IMG/VR virus record: IMGVR_UViG_3300005529_000024
Span: 1-64,000 of that record
Source: a virus
Reading direction: 5' to 3' (one strand)
DNA length: 64,000 nucleotides
Below are positions 19,097-28,549 of the stretch, piece after piece; the stretch's first letter is position 1, and every line of letters begins with the position of its first letter. A program made the position numbers and the translations under genes. Under the pieces are notes generated by a model. The model was not told the DNA's origin. It saw only the letters and a list, made by a program, of their open reading frames with translations, and did not search any database.

Positions 19097-19322
19097 GAAA
19101 GATGAACATCCTTGGGAATATCAGCGTGATCCTTCTGGAAGTCCTTATAAGCTGGTAACACTGGAAGATGCTGGATTTAGTTGGGTTGGTATCCGATATT
19201 GGAATCCAGATAATCGGCTTTGGTTCAGGTTTGATTCCAGTCCAGAGACTGCACGTGTTTTAGCTTGGATGGATATTCCTAAGCCAGCAGAAGGTAGATG
19301 GGTTCATGGAGAGTTGATATGA
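19086..19322 (+). CDS. DUF551-like phage protein
   Basis: C-terminal VLAWMDIPKP. Confidence 0.5.
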   Translation: MKYKKDEHPWEYQRDPSGSPYKLVTLEDAGFSWVGIRYWNPDNRLWFRFDSSPETARVLAWMDIPKPAEGRWVHGELI

Positions 19323-19771
19323 ACGAAAAGACACACAATAATCTCTCAGAGCTTGATAGTCTTATTACTAAACTAAATACTGGCATCGTGGATCTTAAAC
19401 AAGAATTGTTAGAAGCAAGAGAAGCCCTTGGTAGTATGGCTGACAATAAGTCATCTCTTGCAGATGGAATCCGGAATCTCCAGCAAGCTTATATTACAGA
19501 ACATGGTAATGCTGAGACTTTAGAGAAGTCCACAGATATCCTCATTGAGGTTGCGAGCGAACAGTCAAAACAAATTGCTGCACTTCAACAGGAAGTAAAC
19601 AAACTAACAAACGCTCTGGAAAGTTTAGTAGGAAGTGCAGGAGGATGGGATAAATCAATGGTTCGAGCAGCAGCTATCAGACTTCAATCTATTGAGGGTC
19701 ATGAGAAGTTCGCCAAGGCATTATTTGAACTTGACACTGAAGTTGGTGCCCTTCTTAAAAAGAAAGGATAA
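19319..19771 (+). CDS. coiled-coil hypothetical protein
   Basis: GGAG RBS before ATG 19319. Confidence 0.6.
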   Translation: MNEKTHNNLSELDSLITKLNTGIVDLKQELLEAREALGSMADNKSSLADGIRNLQQAYITEHGNAETLEKSTDILIEVASEQSKQIAALQQEVNKLTNALESLVGSAGGWDKSMVRAAAIRLQSIEGHEKFAKALFELDTEVGALLKKKG

Positions 19772-19774
19772 GCT

Positions 19775-20620
19775 ATGAAAGAGACGGTTGTTAGAAAGGG
19801 TTACTGTAGAGATTGTGGCGGTGATGTCGAAGAGAGATTTCCTGTTGGATTTGAACCTGGTCCAGAGAATTTCTATCATACTGAAGACCGAGATTGTATT
19901 AACCATCTAAAAGATGAGAACCTATCTCTTCGTGAGGCGCTTGTCCTTTACGGATATCATGATCCTGGATGTGATACTCAACTTCATTCTGAGGATCAGG
20001 AGTGTAACTGTGGATTTCGTAATTATGAAAGTCCAGTAAACGTTTTTAAGGGTATGATTCTAGATCGTTTCAAGAGTTATGGTATGAAAATAGAGGATTA
20101 TAAGGAAGAAGAAGAAGAAGAAATCCTTCCTGGTGTAGATAGTATCGATCTGGATAATATTAACAAAGAAGTTCATGGTAATAGTGAGCGTGAGGCTACT
20201 CTACGTAAAATGATAGGTCTGTTGGAAGCGGAGTATAAAAGATTGGAATCATTGCCGAAAGTTGCATCTCAAGGAAAGATTGCTGATCTTTGCGAATCTC
20301 TTAATCAAAGAGATATGGAAGTCCGGATGCTGAAGACAGAATTAAAAGAGTCAAGGGAAGACTTTTTTGTATTGAATGATCAGAGGAGACTATGGGAAAT
20401 AAAGTTTAATGTTGAACAGCAAGAACGTGCAAACGAAAAAATAAGACTGGAATTGGAGATTGCTTCAGCTAAAGCTGAGGTACATTCGCTGATCCAAAGT
20501 GGTTATGAATTAACCATGCTTGCTCTACAGTCAGACCGATATGCATCTGATCCGGAGTATAGAGATGCTGTCAATAATATGCTTGCTTTGACACAGGAGA
20601 AAGCTTTAAAGATAAAATGA
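19775..20620 (+). CDS. hypothetical protein with zinc motifs and coiled coil
   Basis: CxxC, CNCG, poly-E, heptads. Confidence 0.6.
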   Translation: MKETVVRKGYCRDCGGDVEERFPVGFEPGPENFYHTEDRDCINHLKDENLSLREALVLYGYHDPGCDTQLHSEDQECNCGFRNYESPVNVFKGMILDRFKSYGMKIEDYKEEEEEEILPGVDSIDLDNINKEVHGNSEREATLRKMIGLLEAEYKRLESLPKVASQGKIADLCESLNQRDMEVRMLKTELKESREDFFVLNDQRRLWEIKFNVEQQERANEKIRLELEIASAKAEVHSLIQSGYELTMLALQSDRYASDPEYRDAVNNMLALTQEKALKIK

Positions 20621-20983
20621 CTACTCCAAATGTAGAATCTGAGATCCATGAGCTTAGAGAGATACTGGCTGGAATTCTTGAAAACCCATTCGGTTGTCCT
20701 ATGTGCGATTCTGGAAAGCTGCGTACACCAAAAGTTAATCATTGGTCAGACTGTTATTTTTATCGAGCCGAACAAGCTCTTGCTCGAATTAAGGAGGATA
20801 CAAGATGAAGCAAAGATTTGACATCGAAACTCGTGGTGGTTATATGGGTGGAATATATCTTCTCGATACGCAGGTAAAAGAAGCTCTTTGTTTGATGTAT
20901 GGTTGTGATTGGGATGATATTATTGTTAAAGATTTAACTGATATGTTAAAGGAAGAGAAGAAAAAGAAGAAGGTGAAAAAATA

Positions 20984-21235
20984 ATGGTACAGCTTACACC
21001 ACTTCAAAAGATAGTTGTCATAGCTTTGCAGAAAGGCGGTCGTCTTAGAATATTGGATCGTCGGAAGACTTTAGTTTGTACTCTAATTTGGAAGGATGGA
21101 TCAAGGGATCAGATTTCCATGAGAACAATCTCATCTCTTCTCAGTAAGGGAGTTATCTATCAACGGCCAGTGAAGACAGGAGATGTTCATATAGATTATA
21201 AATTAATCAACTTAAAATTTGAGGGTGAGAGTTGA
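20984..21235 (+). CDS. hypothetical protein
   Basis: ORF track. Confidence 0.55.
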   Translation: MVQLTPLQKIVVIALQKGGRLRILDRRKTLVCTLIWKDGSRDQISMRTISSLLSKGVIYQRPVKTGDVHIDYKLINLKFEGES

Positions 21236-21397
21236 TATTTGTTTTGTTGGGAGTGGGTTGGTTTCTATTTTTCATGTGGTTATGGATTGAGTGGTTATGA
21301 GCAATAATGAGCTTGTTATTTTTATATTGATAATATGTATTGCATTTTCTATATTTTCGTGGTAAAATAGTCGCATGAAATTTAGAGGAGGATACAG

Positions 21398-21790
21398 ATG
21401 AGCTTGAATGATAATCAGTTTACATTCCGAGAGGGAGGTCAGCTAGCATTTTGTAGCGACGGCCACAGAGCGATCTCTTACGTTAGCGAACGTGGTATTG
21501 TGGAAGATGATCCTATTGATTGTCCACTCTGTAAGTTCCTGAAAAAGGATGGCCTTGTTGCAGCGTGGAAGAGTCTCCTTAACTTTGCTCCTGGTATGTC
21601 TCCAGCTTTAATCAAGCAAGCTAAACGAGATGGTTACTATCAGAAGGGAGATGAGAACGCACCATTCTTTTCAGAAGCATATCTTTATCCTTTACTTGGG
21701 AAAGATGATGCCAGGACGATCCTCTCAATAATGAGGCTTATCATAAAGGAGCAAGGTGTTGATTCGCTCACAGCTTACAAATCTATTTAA
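21398..21790 (+). CDS. hypothetical protein
   Basis: GGAGG RBS. Confidence 0.6.
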   Translation: MSLNDNQFTFREGGQLAFCSDGHRAISYVSERGIVEDDPIDCPLCKFLKKDGLVAAWKSLLNFAPGMSPALIKQAKRDGYYQKGDENAPFFSEAYLYPLLGKDDARTILSIMRLIIKEQGVDSLTAYKSI

Positions 21791-22410
21791 AAAGAGAGAA
21801 GGAGTGAGCGTGATCAAGATGTTTAAACTTATCTACTGTTTTATGTTTGGACACAATACTGTGCCCTTGGATGGAGGATATTCTCAGAACGGGTATATAC
21901 GTTGGTATTGTAACCGATGTAAGGAGGTTGAATACCAGAAGTATGTACTATGAGTGCCCAAAGTAAGGAGAGAACGTGAAGAAAGTTATATGGAAACTAA
22001 TAGGATGGTCAATAATCGCACCACTTTATATTTTATCTGTATGCGCGGCTGTTGCTGCTATTGTTTCTATAGCGATCATAACTAATGGGGTATCTCTTAT
22101 TCTTTTAATTATTTTTGGATTAGTTATATTCGGTTTGTGGGCATTACATAAGGGAGGTTATTAATTTTTTAAATGGACAGCATGCAAGATGATCATTCTA
22201 TATTATTTTGGAGGAATAAAAGTTGTTTGTTTTGTAAAGTTCTGACTTTACTCTCTATTGTCAACATTTGTATATTAACACTTTTATTCTCTTATTTATT
22301 AACAGACGCATCAATTAAGATTATCAGTAAGCTTATAAAGAGTTTTTAAGGGATAGCTTATCTAAGGGTAGGTAGGCTTATTTAGAGAAAAATAAAAACG
22401 GAGGTAGCGT

Positions 22411-22620
22411 ATGGCTTTTAAGAAGAATGCAAGTGTTAAAGTTGTGACTGATACTTGTGGGGATCTTCCCCCGTCGCTTATCGGGCGATATGGTGTCATT
22501 GTCTCTCGTAGTAAGAGTAATGATTCAGAGTTTGCAGAAGCGTACAAGGTGCGATTCGCTGGATGGCGCAATCCCAAGGTTCTCTTCTCTGATGAGATTA
22601 CTTTGGTTACTAAGAAGTAA
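22411..22620 (+). CDS. small SH3/KOW-like protein
   Basis: GGAGG RBS; beta-barrel pattern. Confidence 0.6.
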   Translation: MAFKKNASVKVVTDTCGDLPPSLIGRYGVIVSRSKSNDSEFAEAYKVRFAGWRNPKVLFSDEITLVTKK

Positions 22621-22635
22621 TTGTTTCTGACGGTT

Positions 22636-22788
22636 TGGTGATTAGCTCAGATCGTTGTATACTGAATCTTGGTATGCAAAGAGCATCAGGAGTTGGGTCC
22701 TGAAGGTCACAGAAAAACTAAGAAGATAGACGACTCTTAGAGTAGGAACGGCGTGAAATCCTTCTGAACGGTACTGTATCACCGACCA
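22636..22788 (+). ncRNA. tRNA-Pro(TGG)-derived RNA with expanded D-loop and T-loop (153 nt, encoded CCA)
   Basis: TGGTGAT/ATCACCG-A-CCA acceptor; TA-GCTC/GAGC D stem; TCAGG/CCTGA anticodon stem around AGTTGGGT; AGGTC variable loop; ACAG/CTGT T stem. Confidence 0.75.
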
Positions 22789-22795
22789 TTTTTTA

Positions 22796-23149
22796 ATGAG
22801 TATAAAAATGTATTACGAGTGTCAAGATTGCTTGTCTATCAATGATCGGGAAGAATGTCCTATTTGTTATGTTAAAAAGTTCTATCTTGATAAGTCCACT
22901 GGTATCAGTTATATGAATCCTTTACGACATGACATGCTCCCTGATGTTCTCCAGTATAGACTCAATGCGTTTATCAAGAAGGGTTATAAAGAGGTAAAGG
23001 TTTTTATAGTCTATGTAAAGAGTATCCCTCATATTAATTTCAAAGGCGTTATTATCGCTGGTACTAATCGCTACATGGATCTTGTTCGTGTCGAGACTAG
23101 GAAACTATTCCCGGATGAAAACTTTTGTGGCAGCGAAGAAAGCCAATAA
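22796..23149 (+). CDS. hypothetical protein with zinc ribbon
   Basis: CQDC...CPIC. Confidence 0.55.
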   Translation: MSIKMYYECQDCLSINDREECPICYVKKFYLDKSTGISYMNPLRHDMLPDVLQYRLNAFIKKGYKEVKVFIVYVKSIPHINFKGVIIAGTNRYMDLVRVETRKLFPDENFCGSEESQ

Positions 23150-23545
23150 ATGAAAGTAATAATTGCAGGATCTAGGACTCTTAGCGATTTGGATCTAGTA
23201 GAACAAACAGTTTGTTCTTTTATAGATCCGACACAGATATCAGAAGTTGTATCCGGAGGTGCAAAGGGTGTGGATTTTGCCGGTGAGTGTTTCGCTACCA
23301 AATATAGAATCCCGATTAAGAGATTTCCTGCTGACTGGAAGCAGCATGGTAAGAAGGCAGGATATTTAAGGAATGTCGAGATGGCCCAATATGCTGATGC
23401 ATTGGTCGCTATCTGGGATGGAGAAAGCAAAGGTACTAAGCACATGATTGATATTGCAAGAGAAAAGAATCTGTACGTTTATGTATATGTTGCAGATGTT
23501 CCATTACCAAAAGAGCCATGGAATAAAATAGGAAAAGGATTATAA
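23150..23545 (+). CDS. SLOG-family (DUF2493/YspA-like) protein
   Basis: KVIIAGSR...VVSGGAKGVD...FPADW...AGYLRNVEMA...WDGESKGT. Confidence 0.85.
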   Translation: MKVIIAGSRTLSDLDLVEQTVCSFIDPTQISEVVSGGAKGVDFAGECFATKYRIPIKRFPADWKQHGKKAGYLRNVEMAQYADALVAIWDGESKGTKHMIDIAREKNLYVYVYVADVPLPKEPWNKIGKGL

Positions 23546-23731
23546 AGGAGGCATTATGGAAACTACGTATATCTGGTTTAATATAATTTCTTTGACGTTG
23601 GTTTGTGCTTGGTCCGTATTCTTATCGGTTAGGTTGAAATATTGGCGTGATGAAGCCAGTAAGTGGAGACAATATTACGGTGATGTTCATGAGGCATATT
23701 TAGATCAACTTAAAAAGGATCATTAATATTC

Positions 23732-23760
23732 TTGACAAAATGTTTTTATTCATGTATCAT
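23732..23760 (+). promoter_or_regulatory. sigma70-type promoter
   Basis: TTGACA-N17-TATCAT. Confidence 0.7.
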
Positions 23761-24157
23761 AGAATTATATGAAAAGATTAATTGGGGTCTCATTTATAGT
23801 GTTGTTCTACTTATTCCTGGTATTGTGCCTTTTCTCTGTGATATCAGTTTTTAATCTGTTTATAAAACCTAATTTATCAACCAGACAGGATGTCAAATGA
23901 AGTTTTTGAATATACTTGCGATGTTGACTATGGTGCTCTATATTGGAGTAGAAGTTGGATTCTGGACCCTCCCTCGTACAATTCAAGGTGGTATCCTCGC
24001 AACCGTAGTGATGCTCTCATCTGCATTCATATTATCCAGAATGTGTAAAGAGTAACAATGATGTACGAAGTATTCAGATATTTTGTTTTGATTCAATTAT
24101 ATGCAAACTTGCTCGTTGTAGCATTGTCCATTTATATGTGGCTCAGAGGAGATTAAA

Positions 24158-24352
24158 ATGAAAAAAGTATTTGATGTTAAAGCTAGCACAGAAATATATG
24201 GCCTTGTTCATAATGTAAATAAGGCTCTTGAGAATGGATGGGAATTAGCTGGTAATATGGTATTCGATGGTACTGAATATTTACAACCTATGGTTAAAGT
24301 AGATACCAAAGCGTTACTCGAAGAGAAATCAATTCCTACCGTAACCTGGTAA
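24158..24352 (+). CDS. DUF1737-like small protein
   Basis: VNKALENGWELAG...YLQPMVK. Confidence 0.6.
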   Translation: MKKVFDVKASTEIYGLVHNVNKALENGWELAGNMVFDGTEYLQPMVKVDTKALLEEKSIPTVTW

Positions 24353-24368
24353 TACTCGAAGGATAATC

Positions 24369-24845
24369 ATGGGATATCGTATAGAGTATGAGGATCGTCA
24401 TTTTCGTTTATTCATTGATTATGATCCTCGTTTTCTTGAGGAACTTAAGAAGTTAGTACCCTACCCCTTCAGATACTGGAATATTCATGAAAAGTGTTGG
24501 GTCATTAATCTTGATTATGTCGAAGATGTAGAGGAATTAGTTCGTGATTATTTTCTTGATGATTATTCCTGTGATGATGTTGATGAGGATGATGGAACCG
24601 ATTGGAAAGCAGCGGCGAGGAAACTCCAGTCTGAAGTCACAAGACTAAAGGAATTATTATTTTCCAATGGTGGTAATCAAGCGTCAGATTCTGATTGGGG
24701 AAAAATAAAAGTGTTCATGAATAAGGAAGCATTCAATTCCTTACGTCGCATTTTGGCAAAGCAGTATCATCCAGATTTTGGTGGTAGTGAAGAAAAGATG
24801 AAAACAATAAACTCACTCTTTGATAAGATTGAGAAATCCGTATAA
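24369..24845 (+). CDS. protein with C-terminal J-domain-like HPD motif
   Basis: RRILAKQYHPDFGGSEEKMKTIN; HARP-like N-terminus. Confidence 0.7.
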   Translation: MGYRIEYEDRHFRLFIDYDPRFLEELKKLVPYPFRYWNIHEKCWVINLDYVEDVEELVRDYFLDDYSCDDVDEDDGTDWKAAARKLQSEVTRLKELLFSNGGNQASDSDWGKIKVFMNKEAFNSLRRILAKQYHPDFGGSEEKMKTINSLFDKIEKSV

Positions 24846-24859
24846 CAGGGAGGATAGAA

Positions 24860-25207
24860 ATGGACAGTAAAGCTACTGAAGCATTGATACAGTTAAGTTC
24901 TAAATTGGGTGTGGCCGTTGAGCATCTATGGGGAGTCTTGGTAAAGCAGTCTCAGGTTGATGCTCTTATCAGTGGTATCTGGCTAGCATTATCACTTATT
25001 GCTTTCGTTTATTCTCTTTATTCCACTGTGAAGTTTTATAAGCGTGATTGGAAGGTGGATGAGAAATCCTTAATATCCTTTGTTGTCTCATTCATAGTAT
25101 TAGCTTTTTCTTTTCTCTGTGTTCTCGGAAATTTTCATGACTTCGTTCGAGCTTATGTAAACCCAGAGTATCAGGCTTTACTTAAGTTGCGTGACATTAT
25201 TAAATAG
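24860..25207 (+). CDS. membrane protein
   Basis: Two TM helices; LGVAVEHLWGVLVKQ...NPEY phage family pattern. Confidence 0.65.
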   Translation: MDSKATEALIQLSSKLGVAVEHLWGVLVKQSQVDALISGIWLALSLIAFVYSLYSTVKFYKRDWKVDEKSLISFVVSFIVLAFSFLCVLGNFHDFVRAYVNPEYQALLKLRDIIK

Positions 25208-25300
25208 ATGTGCTCCAAATTATGGGGCAAGCAGGGACCGACTTAGAAGTAACAAAGAAGATAAACATAATATAAATGTAATAAACTAGGGGGGTTTATA

Positions 25301-25834
25301 GTGAAACGATTTTTCTTTTATCTACTTTTACTTTTAACACTTGCTTCCTGCGGGAAAGATGATCCTCAACCGCCTGTGCAGGTTGATGTTCCAGTAGTTA
25401 CTGATCCTAACATTAGCTGGAGTCTTGTTCTCGTAGACTGTACTGGTGCTGCTCTACCTTCCGGTACGGTGATTACTTACAATGTATATGGGGTCCAGGG
25501 TAATGGTCCGATCCCTACAACTCCATCTGCTTCAAATGAAGTTCCATGTGGATCTGTTCCTTTAGCTAATATTAACCCTTTAAACAGTGCGCCGATTACG
25601 ACGACATCTTATCAGGCTAACGTTGCTGATGGTTTATGGACCTTCGCTGTGGATGCAGTTATGAATGGCAATCATAGTGCTATTTCATCTTCAGTTACGG
25701 TTCAAGTTAAAAATAGACCTGGTGTTGTATCAAATGTTCACATTAAACCGGATGGTACGTTTGAGGTCGATAGCTGTGTCACTAACCTTTCTTCTGGACA
25801 GGACCTACCGCTTTGTGATACAGTAGCTCACTAA
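25301..25834 (+). CDS. lipoprotein with fibronectin type III-like domain
   Basis: Lipobox LASC; YNVY...WTFAVDAV...HSAIS. Confidence 0.6.
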   Translation: MKRFFFYLLLLLTLASCGKDDPQPPVQVDVPVVTDPNISWSLVLVDCTGAALPSGTVITYNVYGVQGNGPIPTTPSASNEVPCGSVPLANINPLNSAPITTTSYQANVADGLWTFAVDAVMNGNHSAISSSVTVQVKNRPGVVSNVHIKPDGTFEVDSCVTNLSSGQDLPLCDTVAH

Positions 25835-25846
25835 TTAGAATCCTAA

Positions 25847-26215
25847 TTGGAGGAGCTTATGAAGAAGAGAGTAACCGTCTCGATTTTAGTAGCTGTTTTG
25901 GTTTTAGTTATTGCCTATTTCTCTTTTGCTACTGGTAGCGCATTGCTGACTTGGGATGCGAACACCGAATCAGATTTAGCCGGTTACAAGGTTTATATGG
26001 GAACCGCTTCTCGTACTTATGGTGCCCCGATTGATGTAGGTAATAATACAACCTATACCTTCACCAATCTGGGGCCAGGTACGTATTACTTTGCTGTTAC
26101 GGCTTATAACAAGTCTGGAATGGAGAGTGATTACTCCAATGAAGTGAGCAAGACAATTACCATAATCGGCTCTGTTATTCGTGCTGGTAGCCCTTCCACT
26201 GTAAGGGTTAAATAA
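25847..26215 (+). CDS. secreted fibronectin type III domain protein
   Basis: LTWDANTESDLAGYKVY...GTYYFAVTAYN...ESDYSNEV; signal peptide (true start probably 25859). Confidence 0.8.
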   Translation: MEELMKKRVTVSILVAVLVLVIAYFSFATGSALLTWDANTESDLAGYKVYMGTASRTYGAPIDVGNNTTYTFTNLGPGTYYFAVTAYNKSGMESDYSNEVSKTITIIGSVIRAGSPSTVRVK

Positions 26216-26231
26216 CCGATGGAGATTCAAA

Positions 26232-26573
26232 ATGCCACTGTCCGAACAGGATCTAAAAGACATTGAGCTTCAATATATCAACCGCAAATACGCTCCAGTC
26301 AATCTAGTCTTTAAATTAATCAAAGAAATTCGTGAGCTTCAGAGTCAACAGACTTTTTACTTCGATGAAACTATTGAGGTAAAAAATGCTGCTCCAAAAC
26401 CTTCTGATGAGGTAGTGAATTTACTGAAAAGCTTAGATGTAGAAAAGGGAGTCCATGCTGCTCACTGTTGCCAGGATCATGGATGCAAATATAATGATCC
26501 TAACTGCCCGATTGTTAAGCGTAAAGTAAAGCAGAAGTATCTGTGTGAGGATTGTAAACTAACTGGCGAATAA
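26232..26573 (+). CDS. hypothetical protein
   Basis: VHAAHCC..HGCKY motif. Confidence 0.6.
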   Translation: MPLSEQDLKDIELQYINRKYAPVNLVFKLIKEIRELQSQQTFYFDETIEVKNAAPKPSDEVVNLLKSLDVEKGVHAAHCCQDHGCKYNDPNCPIVKRKVKQKYLCEDCKLTGE

Positions 26574-26652
26574 TTGTAAGTAATTGAAAAACAAACAATA
26601 AGCGTGACAAAAAACGTCAATATGCGGGTAAATATACTAAAGTAATAAAAAT

Positions 26653-26684
26653 ATTAGCCTAACTTTTGGCTTTCTGCGTCTTAC
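26653..26684. promoter_or_regulatory. bipartite motif copy 1 (ATTAKCCTAAC-N11-TGCGTCTTRC)
   Basis: Same motif and spacing at 47799 and 60659. Confidence 0.6.
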
Positions 26685-26732
26685 GTGTGTAGGAAAATAG
26701 TGTCAAAAAATGGGCTAACGAGGTGACAAAAA

Positions 26733-27038
26733 ATGTCAAGTAGAAAAGAAGATCAAGAACAAAGAATGAAGGAAAGAGAGTCAGCTTTTAGATCTATGGA
26801 TTGGTGGGATCAGTTTGCTAATCCGAATGAAGTTAAGTCTGGCTTTAATGATCCTGGTTTTACCGAGTTGCCTAAATGTCATGATCATCCTGAGCCTGAA
26901 TATACGAAGCCTGAGTTCCCTAATCCTAGCTGTATCTGTAATAAACCGTTGCTTCTTTATATTCCTGGAGGTCAGCATATTCATTGCCCTGTGCATCCAG
27001 ACCACATTATTTATGGAGGTCCGACTTGCTATGCTTAA
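26733..27038 (+). CDS. hypothetical protein
   Basis: GAGG RBS; C/H-rich. Confidence 0.6.
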   Translation: MSSRKEDQEQRMKERESAFRSMDWWDQFANPNEVKSGFNDPGFTELPKCHDHPEPEYTKPEFPNPSCICNKPLLLYIPGGQHIHCPVHPDHIIYGGPTCYA

Positions 27039-27208
27039 CACTATTTTAAAAATTTTTGGTATTCTTTATTTGCTCCCTTCAGCTATCGGTTCGGTTATAC
27101 TCATCCTATTCTTTCTCGCGTTTATCTCCTTTGGTTTTATTATTGCTGTGAATAATATATGGAATTCAATATTCCATCATTCAGGAAAGAAATAACTAAG
27201 AGGTTCTA

Positions 27209-27406
27209 ATGTCTCAAAAACAAAAGAAGTCTGGTGATAAGAAGGAAGAAGTCAAACAAGAAGAAGTAAAAGCGAAGCCGGAGATTGTTGAGAAGGGGAA
27301 ACAAATCAAGGAAGATCTCGATAAGATTATGGATGAGATTGATGATGTCCTTGAGGAGAACGCGGAAGAATTTATTAAAGCTTATGTTCAGAAAGGTGGA
27401 GAATGA
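27209..27406 (+). CDS. pup: prokaryotic ubiquitin-like protein Pup
   Basis: C-terminal DEIDDVLEENAEEFIKAYVQKGGE nearly identical to canonical Pup (DEIDDVLEENAEDFVRAYVQKGGQ); 65 aa; disordered N-terminus; GAGG RBS. Confidence 0.93.
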   Translation: MSQKQKKSGDKKEEVKQEEVKAKPEIVEKGKQIKEDLDKIMDEIDDVLEENAEEFIKAYVQKGGE

Positions 27407-27451
27407 TCCCATCTATTTTACTGAAGGATTTAGTTAGAGGTTTAGAATTAA

Positions 27452-27715
27452 ATGGCTTACAATGTAGTACCTGTAAACGTAACCGTGTACCAAATTGTGG
27501 ATGCAAATAACGTAGTACAAGATACTCAGAATACATCAAATGCTGCTAACGCTGTAGCAGATCGTTTAACTCAAAGGGATCAGCGTCTTGTTAATGCTGC
27601 TACCCTATATGCGATTTTAAATTCCCAGATGCCAAATTATGAAGCTGCTGTGACAATTGTTGTTCTCCAAAGATTGCTGTCTGAACAAAAGACGCGACAG
27701 GCTCAGGGTGGTTAA
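27452..27715 (+). CDS. hypothetical protein
   Basis: ORF track. Confidence 0.6.
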   Translation: MAYNVVPVNVTVYQIVDANNVVQDTQNTSNAANAVADRLTQRDQRLVNAATLYAILNSQMPNYEAAVTIVVLQRLLSEQKTRQAQGG

Positions 27716-27732
27716 TATAAGAAAGTTTAAAA

Positions 27733-27972
27733 ATGGATACAAAGAAAGTTGTTGACAATTTACTAAAAGAAGATTATGCTGGTGATAGCCCTGCTTCAGA
27801 GTTCGAGAATGCTATTGATTACGTAGTAGATGAGCTTGTTAATAACATGCTACATCGCCTTATTTCCGAATCTAAGCGTATTGCAGAAGAGCATAACCTT
27901 CAGAATATCGATGATATTGAGACAGTGTTTATTGAGAAGTTGATCAAGAGAATTAATAAACTAGAAGTATAA
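27733..27972 (+). CDS. leader-bearing putative internal head protein
   Basis: N-term MDTKKVVDNLLKE. Confidence 0.65.
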   Translation: MDTKKVVDNLLKEDYAGDSPASEFENAIDYVVDELVNNMLHRLISESKRIAEEHNLQNIDDIETVFIEKLIKRINKLEV

Positions 27973-27973
27973 T

Positions 27974-28279
27974 ATGCCGACTCTTAACGAGATAAGAAAA
28001 GCTCATAAGCATTGTTCTTCAAATGCAAAAGAGATATCCGAGAGTAAATTCATTGGATGTTTTTATTGCATAAACATTCACTATACCAACTGGCCCTTTT
28101 ATGAGATGGTAGATGGTGGTGAGACAGTTATCTGTCCCATGTGTGGAATAGACTCAGTGATCGGGGATGCCTCTGGTATTCCTATTACCGATGAGCTTTT
28201 AATCACAATGCATCATTATTATTTCCGTCAGGGTTATGATGCCGATGGTAATCTTGTCCCAATAGAAGAAGATTTATAA
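27974..28279 (+). CDS. conserved Cys-rich zinc-binding protein
   Basis: GCFYC...ICPMCGIDSVIGDASG. Confidence 0.7.
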   Translation: MPTLNEIRKAHKHCSSNAKEISESKFIGCFYCINIHYTNWPFYEMVDGGETVICPMCGIDSVIGDASGIPITDELLITMHHYYFRQGYDADGNLVPIEEDL

Positions 28280-28297
28280 TCTAAACTTTGGGGTGTT

Positions 28298-28549
28298 ATG
28301 GATAACTGTCCGATCTGTGAGTTGACAAATTTAAGAGTTATAAAAATTGTAACGCCTACGCCTGTCGGTGAGCATAGCATTCTCTATCCTGAGATCCCTG
28401 CTACCAGATGTCTTAATTGTAATCAAATATTCATAGAGCTAGATGGTTTGGAAATGCGAGATAAAGCTGCCAGGGTCCATCTTGCAGATCCAGTGATTCA
28501 GAGAATTAAAAAGGGTGTTAAACTAAAGCGCGGTTGGGAGAGTAATTGA
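28298..28549 (+). CDS. YgiT/MqsA-type zinc finger protein
   Basis: CPIC...IPATRCLNCNQ. Confidence 0.55.
   Translation: MDNCPICELTNLRVIKIVTPTPVGEHSILYPEIPATRCLNCNQIFIELDGLEMRDKAARVHLADPVIQRIKKGVKLKRGWESN

Noticed and set aside
20105-20122. GAA microsatellite
   Set aside because: In-frame poly-Glu tract; no sign of phase variation.
22636-22788. Ordinary functional tRNA-Pro
   Set aside because: No TTC T-loop, 8-nt anticodon loop and 32-nt D-loop; no single excision restores a canonical cloverleaf.
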